Of a stretch of DNA of 64,000 nt, positions 9,923-18,265 are shown piece after piece. The notes under the pieces are model-generated. The model did no database searches, was not told the DNA's origin, and saw only the letters and a program-made list of their open reading frames with translations. A program made the position numbers and the translations under genes. Every line of letters begins with the position of its first letter. The first letter of the stretch is position 1. Source of the stretch: Candidatus Fraserbacteria bacterium (GTDB taxonomy: Bacteria; Bipolaricaulota; Bipolaricaulia; RBG-16-55-9; JAJCYT01); assembly GCA_029262795.1 (NCBI GenBank), contig JAJCYT010000027.1, forward strand, positions 54,962-118,961, written 5' to 3'.

Positions 9923-10102
9923 GTGGAGTGGTTGCTTATTTATTTGGTGGTAGGGTTTGTTTTGTTCAGTTTAGGACTAACCCGCGTTGATGAAACGGTT
10001 TGGATTGGGTTTCGTGCGGTTCCCGAAATTTTCTTATTTCAATTGCTCACATTCGTCATCTTCTGGCCATTGTTGATTGCCGTTGAAATGAATCGTCACT
10101 GA
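9923..10102 (+). CDS. possible small two-TM membrane protein (59 aa, GTG start), below ORF-track cutoff
   Basis: in-frame GTG…TGA; translation VEWLLIYLVVGFVLFSLGLTRVDETVWIGFRAVPEIFLFQLLTFVIFWPLLIAVEMNRH is two hydrophobic helices; 50 nt upstream of decarboxylase gene. Confidence 0.25.
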   Translation: MEWLLIYLVVGFVLFSLGLTRVDETVWIGFRAVPEIFLFQLLTFVIFWPLLIAVEMNRH

Positions 10103-10153
10103 AATATTTTATAAAAATTTCTGACGCTCGTTAAATCAATAAACTCATCCCAT

Positions 10154-11617
10154 ATGACAGATTCCTTAGAGAACGCGTCGAATGATCCTAGAGACATTGA
10201 ACAATTTCGCCAATATGGTCATCAGCTTATTGACTGGATTGCCGATTATTACAATCACCCTGAAAATTACCCTGTTTTGTCACAATGTCAGCCTGGAGAT
10301 ATTCAAAAACAAATTCCGACTACACCGCCGCAACAGCCTGAATCACTAGAGAAAATTTTCAAAGACACGGAAGACATTATTGTTCCTGGCATGACCCATT
10401 GGAATCATCCAGGTTTTATGGCTTATTTCAGTGTGTCAGGTTCGCCTACAGGTTTGTTGGGCGAGTTGATGGCAGCGGCCTTCAACGTCAACGCAATGCT
10501 TTGGAAAACCTCTCCTGCTGCAACTGAACTTGAACAAGTGGTGTTGGATTGGCTGCGTCAATTGTTTGGTTTCCCTGAATCTTTCTTTGGTGTCATCCAT
10601 GACTCTGCATCCACATCGACGTTGTGCGCCTTGGTTGCAGCACGTGAAGCAATTGCGGCGTTGGATTCTCGTCACGAAGGGTTGAGCGGTGGTTCGCCGT
10701 TGTGCGTTTACATCTCGGATCAAACCCACTCTTCTGTTGAGAAAGCGGCCATCATCATAGGCGTTGGTCAAAAATATGTTCGCACGATTCCATCAAATAA
10801 TGATTTTCGCATGGATATGGTTGCCTTAGAAGCAGCGATCAAGGCAGACTTTGAGGCAGGCTACCGCCCCTTTGTGGTGGTGCCGACGGTGGGAAGCACC
10901 TCAACCACAAGTGCGGATGATGTGGAAGCGGTTGCAGAGCTTGCCGAAAAATACAATTTGTGGCTCCATGTGGATGCGGCCTACGCTGGTCCCATTGCCA
11001 TGTTGCCAGAAATGCGCCATTACTTTGTGGGATGCGAACGGGCAGATTCATTGGTCACCAACCCGCACAAATGGTTGTTCACTCAAATTGGATGCAGCGT
11101 TCTTTATTGCAGCAAGCCGGATGTTTTAAAGCGTGCCTTTAGCCTTGTGCCGGAATATCTCAAAACCCAAGAAGAAGATGAAGTGGTCAACTACATGGAC
11201 TACGGTGTAGCGCTTGGCCGGCGATTCAATGCACTCAAATTGTGGTTTGTGATACGCTCTTTTGGAGTTGAAGGCATTCAGGGGGTTTTGAGAAAACATC
11301 TTGAAATGGCTCAACAATTACGCAGTTGGGTTGAAGGACATCCAGATTTCGAGATGATGGCACCAGTGCCATTCAGTGTGGTTTGCTTTCGGGCCAAACC
11401 CAATGATTGGTCAGGTTCTGATGAGGATTTGGATATATTAAACGATCAATTGATGCATGCGGTAAACCAAACTGGAAAAGTCTTTTTCTCTCACACCCGC
11501 CTCAAAGGTCAGCTTACCCTTCGTATTGCAATAGGCCATCTTTACATGGAAATAGATCATGTGAAAATTGCTTGGAAAACTATCACCAGCGAACTTCAAA
11601 GTTTACTTGAAAAATAG
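10154..11617 (+). CDS. PLP-dependent aromatic-L-amino-acid (tyrosine/DOPA/tryptophan) decarboxylase, group II
   Basis: NPHKWL PLP-lysine motif, HVDAAYAG, 487 aa group II decarboxylase architecture. Confidence 0.85.
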   Translation: MTDSLENASNDPRDIEQFRQYGHQLIDWIADYYNHPENYPVLSQCQPGDIQKQIPTTPPQQPESLEKIFKDTEDIIVPGMTHWNHPGFMAYFSVSGSPTGLLGELMAAAFNVNAMLWKTSPAATELEQVVLDWLRQLFGFPESFFGVIHDSASTSTLCALVAAREAIAALDSRHEGLSGGSPLCVYISDQTHSSVEKAAIIIGVGQKYVRTIPSNNDFRMDMVALEAAIKADFEAGYRPFVVVPTVGSTSTTSADDVEAVAELAEKYNLWLHVDAAYAGPIAMLPEMRHYFVGCERADSLVTNPHKWLFTQIGCSVLYCSKPDVLKRAFSLVPEYLKTQEEDEVVNYMDYGVALGRRFNALKLWFVIRSFGVEGIQGVLRKHLEMAQQLRSWVEGHPDFEMMAPVPFSVVCFRAKPNDWSGSDEDLDILNDQLMHAVNQTGKVFFSHTRLKGQLTLRIAIGHLYMEIDHVKIAWKTITSELQSLLEK

Positions 11618-11768
11618 ATCATAACTTTCCGTCAGAGAGTTTGAAGGTTAGATATAATGAGTGCTTATAGCATCTCTAGTAGATTTTTTTGACAGATGTT
11701 TTTTTATATGCAAATGCTTTAGATATTTACTTTTTAATTCTTTTGAGTAAGAAGGTTGAAATTCCATT

Positions 11769-12380
11769 ATGGCAGACCTTGTGGGTAGCCCGGATATAAT
11801 TTTAGTTTGGCCAAAGGGGCAAGCTCTATCAGTTCCCCAATCAGTGTCGGGATATTCTGTTCAAGTATTGACGCCTGAACTCGATGAATGGTGGATTGAA
11901 ATTCACCGTAAAGCTGTGCCTTCATTTCCAGCTTCTAGTTTGTCCACTTGGCTGGAGCGGTATCGGTCGTTAGCGTTGGAAGACGGCATCATTGTGGCGA
12001 CTGATAATGCGACTAAACAACCCGTTGCAACTGCTGGAAGCATTGACTCCGATAAAGATGGTATGTTTCCTAAAGGCGGCCAATTGGCATGGGTGGCAAC
12101 TGTACCAGAGTATCAAAAACATGGCTTGGCAACCTGGTTAAGTGCGTTGGTCACACAGCGTTTGATTGATGAAGGATTTGAGAATATTTTTCTTTGTACA
12201 GGGGATGATCTAATACCAGCCATCAGTGTCTATCTCAAGCTTGGATATCTTCCCTGTCTGTATGCCTCGGATCAGGCGGACCGTTGGTCTAAAATTTGTG
12301 ACACGATTCACCGTCCTTATGAACCCCATTTATGGCCGTCCATACAAGATTATTTAAGCAGCTTTCCTCCATCCAATTAG
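11769..12380 (+). CDS. GNAT family N-acetyltransferase
   Basis: Q/R-x-x-G-x-A acetyl-CoA motif region (QKHGLATWLSALV), ~200 aa GNAT fold pattern. Confidence 0.7.
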   Translation: MADLVGSPDIILVWPKGQALSVPQSVSGYSVQVLTPELDEWWIEIHRKAVPSFPASSLSTWLERYRSLALEDGIIVATDNATKQPVATAGSIDSDKDGMFPKGGQLAWVATVPEYQKHGLATWLSALVTQRLIDEGFENIFLCTGDDLIPAISVYLKLGYLPCLYASDQADRWSKICDTIHRPYEPHLWPSIQDYLSSFPPSN

Positions 12381-12473
12381 AAATTTACCTGTTGTGCAGG
12401 TTTAGTTGTTAGGAAAATTGAAGGGGCATTCATCCTTGAACTCCGGTAAAATCCTTCGTAGACTAAAACCACT

Positions 12474-13313
12474 ATGAGGGGATTAAAACACCGCAAAGCT
12501 TTGTTGATTTCTTTGGGCATTTATCTCACTGTTTTTGCCGTGTCTGTCAATCCACCAGAACGGTCTGTTCAGGCCACTGAAGCATTGTTGGAAGATGAAG
12601 ACAGGTTGTATTTATATTTCCTCGGTGGCTGGCTCCACATTGGTTTGGGGCTAGATACATTGAATGAACTGGGTGAGCCTGAAGGTCTAATATTCTGGGA
12701 TTTCGGTTCTCGCAATCACTACAGCTACAAAGATGAAGAATGGGTGAGCGGAAATAAAGATTGGTTTGGCAGCATCAACAACCTCACGTTGTTACAGGGA
12801 ACCACCGAAGGCGAAATGCGCGCCTGGGACCCGACCAAGCGTTTTGGCATGACGCTACATGAATTTATGCAGTCGAATAAAATTAAAGTTCGTATCCCTA
12901 TCACACGCATTCAGTGGCAGATTTTAAACGACTGGCTCCGTGAACAGACCACCGCATTTGATGAACACCACGCCTACCCTGATCATGGCCTCAACATCTG
13001 GTTCAATGGCGGGGTAGATTACAATCTGTTTCTCTACAATTGTGCCACGTTTATTGCGGAAGGTATGTTCAAGGCAGGTATTTTGACTGAAGACAATATG
13101 CCTAAATCTTTTAGTAAAACCGATCCGGTGCCTTCGCGCTGGTTGTCCCCGCCCAGCTTGATGAAACATTATGCGACGCACCCGCTTATGAGTGCTGATA
13201 TGCTCAAACGCAAAATTCAGTATCGTCAGCAACACCATCAATGCCAGAAACGTTTGCAAATATTTGGTCGCTCTATGGCTGGATTTGTGACTGGTGCTTG
13301 CGCTTTAGGATAA
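12474..13313 (+). CDS. PPPDE/DeSI-like permuted-papain-fold peptidase (peptidase C97-like), N-terminal signal anchor
   Basis: motifs GGWLHIGLG…FWDFGS (His box) and YNLFLYNCATFIAEGMF (Cys box) closely parallel the GIWHTSIVV…FFFG and YNLFEHNCNTFSNEVAQF boxes of eukaryotic DeSI/PPPDE proteins. Confidence 0.6.
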   Translation: MRGLKHRKALLISLGIYLTVFAVSVNPPERSVQATEALLEDEDRLYLYFLGGWLHIGLGLDTLNELGEPEGLIFWDFGSRNHYSYKDEEWVSGNKDWFGSINNLTLLQGTTEGEMRAWDPTKRFGMTLHEFMQSNKIKVRIPITRIQWQILNDWLREQTTAFDEHHAYPDHGLNIWFNGGVDYNLFLYNCATFIAEGMFKAGILTEDNMPKSFSKTDPVPSRWLSPPSLMKHYATHPLMSADMLKRKIQYRQQHHQCQKRLQIFGRSMAGFVTGACALG

Positions 13314-13407
13314 AGATTTTTCTGCTGAATGGAGAGTTACATTTTTTTGCTTCATCTGATATACTCTGCTCAAAATTTAATGGACGTACATCCAGAAGAG
13401 GTGAATT

Positions 13408-13665
13408 TTGGACCAGCTTCGTATGGAAATTGATGCAATTGATGATCAAATTTTATCATTATTAAACAAGCGCGCTAAGTTGTCGTTGAAAGTCCTGGAG
13501 AAAAAAAAGCAACTTCAGATTGCTATCAGTGATCCAGAGCGTGAGGCTGAAATTATAGGAAGACTCAACATCAATCACGAAGGGCCGCTGAGCGATGGTG
13601 CGATATCAAGAATTTACCAGACACTTTTGGCTGAAATGCGCTTGATGATGGAACGCTCATCTTGA
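13408..13665 (+). CDS. chorismate mutase (AroQ class), TTG start with GAGGTG RBS
   Basis: L..IR..ID.ID..I..LL..R pattern of AroQ chorismate mutases; 85 aa. Confidence 0.75.
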   Translation: MDQLRMEIDAIDDQILSLLNKRAKLSLKVLEKKKQLQIAISDPEREAEIIGRLNINHEGPLSDGAISRIYQTLLAEMRLMMERSS

Positions 13666-13950
13666 CAGCGTTGGGCATTGGTTTCATAATCAACAGTCAT
13701 TCTAAAAGCGAGGTGAGCTGCATGAAGTTTAAGTTCAATCTAAATTCAAATCATTCAACCTCTTTTCTAAAACCTTCCTACGCCTATTCACCTCGTTATT
13801 ATTGATGGTTTTCACCATCTATCTAATCTTTCTTTTCTAAAACTTATTATTACAACGGATCGACATTCTCATTATGTTGATTGATTTTTTAGTTTGACTT
13901 TAATGAATTAATTTGGAGATAAACATGGATGAAATTTTAGTAGGTATCCT

Positions 13951-15042
13951 ATGAGCAATTGGCCACAGAAAATTTGTATGGTTGGCTTGGGATTGATTGG
14001 TGGGTCAATGGCAATGGCCATTCGCCGATTGCATCCCCATATAAAATTACATGCGTTCGATGTAGATGAAAAGACAAGAAAGTTGGCTGAAGATCGTGAT
14101 ATCGTACATCAATCATTTGACGATATCAGTCCAGCCGTGGCCGATTGTGACTTGATCATCTTGGCAGCGCCGGTGGATGCGATTGTGTCTCTGTTGCCAC
14201 AGTTGGCAAATTCAGTTAAATCAGATGCCATTGTTACTGACGTTGGTTCGACAAAGAATCGAATCTGTCAGGACGGTCAGGCTGTGTTGGGGGATCGCTT
14301 TGTTGGTGGACATCCTTTGGCAGGTGGGGAGCAAAACGGCCTGGAAGCCGCTGACCCCTTTTTATTTGAAAACGCTTTGTATGCATTGACACCTGTGGGG
14401 ACATCGACCGATTCAGCCGATCAACTTAAGGTGTTTATCGACTCTCTTGGCGCACAAACACTGATCCTTTCTCCACAGGACCATGACACTATTTTGGCCC
14501 ATGTCAGCCACTTGCCTCAGTTAGTGGCCACTGCTTTGTGTGATCTGGTGCGTGATCGTGCCACAACAAATCCACTCTATCGAGAATTGGCTGCAGGTGG
14601 ATTCAAGGATTTAACCCGTGTGGCTGCATCACCTTATTCGATGTGGAAATCCGTTTTGCGAGACAATCAGGCATTGATTGATTCTGCTTTGGCTGCACTA
14701 CAGGACCGAATTCAACTGATACGCTACGAACTTCGGGATCAGCAACTTGATGGCCGATTTGAACAGGCAGGGCAGTTTCGACGCGAACTGCCCTGGCGAT
14801 CGAAGGGGCTTTTAAAACCACTCCACCGAATTGCCCTGGTACTTGAAGATCGTCCAGGTGCGTTGGTTGAAGTGCTTCAAGTATTGGCTCAGCATGAGAT
14901 TAACTTAAAGGATTTAGAACTCAGAAAAACCCGTGAAGGCGATGGCAGCACGTTTCATATCTATGTTGAATCTAAGGATGCAGCAGCACAAGGCGCACAT
15001 CATTTGAAGCAAGCTGGATGGGAAGCCAATCAGGTCACTTAA
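13951..15042 (+). CDS. tyrA: prephenate dehydrogenase with C-terminal ACT domain
   Basis: N-terminal GLGLIGGS NAD motif, prephenate DH core, C-terminal ACT-like regulatory region. Confidence 0.85.
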   Translation: MSNWPQKICMVGLGLIGGSMAMAIRRLHPHIKLHAFDVDEKTRKLAEDRDIVHQSFDDISPAVADCDLIILAAPVDAIVSLLPQLANSVKSDAIVTDVGSTKNRICQDGQAVLGDRFVGGHPLAGGEQNGLEAADPFLFENALYALTPVGTSTDSADQLKVFIDSLGAQTLILSPQDHDTILAHVSHLPQLVATALCDLVRDRATTNPLYRELAAGGFKDLTRVAASPYSMWKSVLRDNQALIDSALAALQDRIQLIRYELRDQQLDGRFEQAGQFRRELPWRSKGLLKPLHRIALVLEDRPGALVEVLQVLAQHEINLKDLELRKTREGDGSTFHIYVESKDAAAQGAHHLKQAGWEANQVT

Positions 15043-16247
15043 TCAACCAGCCATTGAGATTTAAGTTCGCTCAACGTGCCCTCGACAATTGCCTGACGCA
15101 CATCTTTCATCAGGTTCATCAAGGTGTGCAAATTGTGAATGGTCACCAAATGCCCTGCCAATGGTTCTTTGGCGTGGAATAGATGGTTTAAGTATGCGCG
15201 TGAGTGGGTTTGACAGGTGGCACATTCACACTCAAGGTTGATAGGGTTTGGGTCTTTTTTGCATTTAGCGGAAGTGATATCCAGGCGATATTTATTTTCG
15301 CCTTTCAATAAAGCATTGCCATAACGTCCATAGCGGGTAGGAGTTACGCAATCGAACGTATCTACGCCACGCTCCACGATATCGAAAATGTTGTCAATCT
15401 CTCCGATGCCAAGTAGATGACGAGGTTTTTCTCTGGGCAAGAATGGTGTGATCCAATCCAACACCCGATAAATGTCTGACTTGGATTCGCCCAATGTGCC
15501 GCCAATGCCGATACCATGAAAGTCCATGTCGCCAATGAAAGTAGCACTTTTCTCCCTCAAGTCTTCGTGTGCGCCGCCTTGGATGATGCCGTAAAGCGCC
15601 TGATTTTTGATGTTCAATGATTGAAAATGGTCCAAGGCACGTTTGGCCCATCGATGAGTCAACTCAAGTGAATTGCTTGTGTAATCGTAATCATGAAACG
15701 GAGATGTGCATTCATCCAGTACGAGGATGATGTCTGACCCCAGTTTGTGTTGAATATCAATCGTGTTTTCCGGCGTGAACAAATGTTTGGAACCATCAAT
15801 GTGTGAACGAAAGTGTGCGCCTTCTTCGGTCAACTTCACTCTTGATTGACCTTTTGGTGTATGTCGATCAAGTTTTTTTCCTTCATCGCCAGGAAAGATA
15901 GAGGCCACTTTGCCCACACCATGCTCCATGCTGGCCCCGAGACTGAATACTTGAAAGCCACCAGAGTCGGTCATGATCACACCGTTCCAGCCCATGAACT
16001 TTTGCAACCCGCCCATTTCTGCAACAAGGTCTGCCCCTGGTCGCAGATGCAAATGATAGGTGTTGCAGATAATCATGGAGACATCGAGCGCGTTGATATC
16101 GCTGGGCTTCATTGTTTTGACGGTGGCTTGGGTGCCGACAGGAATAAATGTGGGTGTTTCCACCACGCCGTGAGGTGTTTCCAGCCGCCCGATACGGGCT
16201 TGGCTGTTTGGGTCTTCGTATTGGATATCAAATTTTAAAGCGCTCAT
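15039..16247 (-). CDS. tgt: queuine/preQ1 tRNA-ribosyltransferase
   Basis: canonical Tgt N-terminus (FDI…ARIGRLETPHGVVETPTFIPVGT), zinc site CECATC…H; ORF track offers a longer start at 16292 but internal Met at 16247 fits Tgt alignment. Confidence 0.9.
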   Translation of the reverse strand: MSALKFDIQYEDPNSQARIGRLETPHGVVETPTFIPVGTQATVKTMKPSDINALDVSMIICNTYHLHLRPGADLVAEMGGLQKFMGWNGVIMTDSGGFQVFSLGASMEHGVGKVASIFPGDEGKKLDRHTPKGQSRVKLTEEGAHFRSHIDGSKHLFTPENTIDIQHKLGSDIILVLDECTSPFHDYDYTSNSLELTHRWAKRALDHFQSLNIKNQALYGIIQGGAHEDLREKSATFIGDMDFHGIGIGGTLGESKSDIYRVLDWITPFLPREKPRHLLGIGEIDNIFDIVERGVDTFDCVTPTRYGRYGNALLKGENKYRLDITSAKCKKDPNPINLECECATCQTHSRAYLNHLFHAKEPLAGHLVTIHNLHTLMNLMKDVRQAIVEGTLSELKSQWLVD

Positions 16248-16248
16248 C

Positions 16249-17199
16249 TTAATAAAATACCGTTCTTGTTCGATGATAAGGTTTGGCATCAATGCCCTGG
16301 CTCAAATGCCACAGTAGCCAATCCACTTCAAAGCTTTTTAATTGAACATCATGGTCAGCAAATATTTGTTTTAATTGTTCCACTGCATGAATCGTAAATG
16401 CTCGAATCTCAATTTCTTCGCTAGACCCCATCGGTAATTCAATTTGGGCATCTACTTTTTCAGCCAGTGAAGGTTCATAGTGTAAGACTTTGTGTGCGCG
16501 AAGCAACTGTGGCAGTTTGTAATCGGCAAAGGCAGTAAGTTGATCGACATCGTGAAATTGTCCCCAACCCTGGCCTTTGAATGTGCCATATACATCTGCG
16601 CAAAAAATCTGAGCGCGTTTGTACAGGCATACATGAAAACCACGATAGTTGGCTTCATCGCGATAACTGACAAAATGATCGGCCAGCAGTTCGACCAAGC
16701 TGAGCACGGAGCCATTCGCCTGCGCCATCAGGTTGGTGATTTTGCCATCAAAGTTTTCCAAAAGACTTTTGCCTGCTTCGCGCAGCACCCTTAACCTGGA
16801 GTCTAGCAGAGGAATTTGTCCTTCTTCTCCATCCAGAAGTTTTTCAACTTGGGATAAATCCAACTGTGCCAGATAACTGGCATCATCCAACGGATCACCA
16901 CGCACAAAAGCATTTTTGAGGCAAGCGGCCAGGGCCATGTAGCCATCGAGTAATTGATCCTGGTGGCGATATTTCCAGCGAGGTTTGCCCCAGAAACAAA
17001 AGTTCAGAGTGTCTAACACAAATACATAAGCCAAAGTTCGATCTGTGCCATCGTTGAAGTGATCATCCGCACTCCATACAGACAAGGCGCTCACCTGATT
17101 GAGGTGGTTTTTTACGAAGCTCTGTGCTGCTTCAGCATCAAAACGGACAAATTGACTGACTTGGACAACTTGCTGAATGGAATCAAGAATGGGATGCAT
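16249..17199 (-). CDS. queuosine salvage protein, DUF2419/Qng1-like (queuosine 5'-phosphate N-glycosylase/hydrolase family)
   Basis: ~316 aa; conserved …LTAFADYKLPQLL… segment characteristic of DUF2419; immediately upstream of and co-directional with tgt. Confidence 0.6.
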   Translation of the reverse strand: MHPILDSIQQVVQVSQFVRFDAEAAQSFVKNHLNQVSALSVWSADDHFNDGTDRTLAYVFVLDTLNFCFWGKPRWKYRHQDQLLDGYMALAACLKNAFVRGDPLDDASYLAQLDLSQVEKLLDGEEGQIPLLDSRLRVLREAGKSLLENFDGKITNLMAQANGSVLSLVELLADHFVSYRDEANYRGFHVCLYKRAQIFCADVYGTFKGQGWGQFHDVDQLTAFADYKLPQLLRAHKVLHYEPSLAEKVDAQIELPMGSSEEIEIRAFTIHAVEQLKQIFADHDVQLKSFEVDWLLWHLSQGIDAKPYHRTRTVFY

Positions 17200-17211
17200 A
17201 ATTTTCCATGT

Positions 17212-17517
17212 TTAAAAATGCTTGAGATATTTGAGTGTTTCCATCAATTCTTCGACTTTTTCATCGCCTTGGCCTTGCTCAATGGCGGCAGCAATGCAGT
17301 GTTTCATGTGATTTTCACTAATGAGGTGAGCTACTTTACTGAGGGAGGATTGCACGGCTGCAATTTGCTTCAAAATGTCGATGCAATAACGTTCATCCTC
17401 AATCATTTTGTCAATGCCTTGGGTGTGACCAGTGACGGTTCGGATTTGATTGAGAATTTTCTTTTTGGTGTCTGGTTCTAAGCCCAAGCTGCCATGCGTA
17501 TCTGTGGATGAAGGCAT
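17212..17517 (-). CDS. csoR: CsoR-family copper-sensing transcriptional repressor
   Basis: MIEDERYCIDILKQIAAVQSSL and ENHMKHC segments reproduce the Cys…His-x3-Cys Cu(I) ligand set and core helix of B. subtilis/M. tuberculosis CsoR; 101 aa. Confidence 0.75.
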   Translation of the reverse strand: MPSSTDTHGSLGLEPDTKKKILNQIRTVTGHTQGIDKMIEDERYCIDILKQIAAVQSSLSKVAHLISENHMKHCIAAAIEQGQGDEKVEELMETLKYLKHF

Positions 17518-17815
17518 ATAAACTCCTTATGAAAATTCCTAAAGACAGTTTGAAGAAGAATCAGAAAAATTGCAAGGAATTTGATTTTGAGGACATCATT
17601 GGCTTTTTAAAAGATATAAAAACAAATACCAATTATGTCTAAAATACAACAATTTTAATGTGTGAAAAGCGCCTGCCAAAACCATTCTTGAAGGTTATCA
17701 AGGAGACTAGCATAGAAGGATACGTTTGTGTTAAACTTCCGTGAGAGCATAAAATCACATTATTTAGTTTGCAGTTATTGAAAAAATTATCAAGGGGTTT
17801 GGCGGTCATCATCTC

Positions 17816-18265
17816 ATGCGTTATTATCGAAAAACTTGTTCTAATTGCGATTGTTTTATCAACAAGCTTCCCGACGAAGCGTTTGCACAAGTACGATCTA
17901 AAACCTTTGAACCGGGCGAAGTTCTCTACACCGAAGGTGCTTTGTTGGATCGAGTGATGTTTGTGTGCGAAGGCACAGCACAATCGTTTCGCTTAAATAA
18001 AATAAAAAACGAAAAACAAATCCAGTCTTTTATCCAAACAGGCACCCTTTTAGGGATGCAGGAATTGATGGAAGCCAGCGCTTGTTGGACTCATTCTGTA
18101 GAAGCTGTAGAATCCTGTCAGGTGCTGATATTAGATGCTGAAGTGTTTATGGCCAGCCTTAACGTAACTGAAGTTTTAATGCAGGTGCTACATCACACCA
18201 TCGAACGTGAGCAAAGTGTGAAACGTCAATTGGTCAATGCTTTTGAAACAGAAGACTTATCTTAA
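17816..18265 (+). CDS. stand-alone cyclic-nucleotide-binding-like (Crp/Fnr effector) domain protein with N-terminal Cys cluster, no HTH
   Basis: EPGEVLYTEGALLDRVMFVCEGT beta-roll motif; CSNCDC near N-terminus; only 149 aa. Confidence 0.5.
   Translation: MRYYRKTCSNCDCFINKLPDEAFAQVRSKTFEPGEVLYTEGALLDRVMFVCEGTAQSFRLNKIKNEKQIQSFIQTGTLLGMQELMEASACWTHSVEAVESCQVLILDAEVFMASLNVTEVLMQVLHHTIEREQSVKRQLVNAFETEDLS

Noticed and set aside
11618-11768. Sigma-70-like promoter (TTGACA…TATATG) upstream of the GNAT gene
   Set aside because: The spacing between the candidate -35 and -10 hexamers is about 12 nt, too short for a canonical promoter, so it is not reported as a feature.
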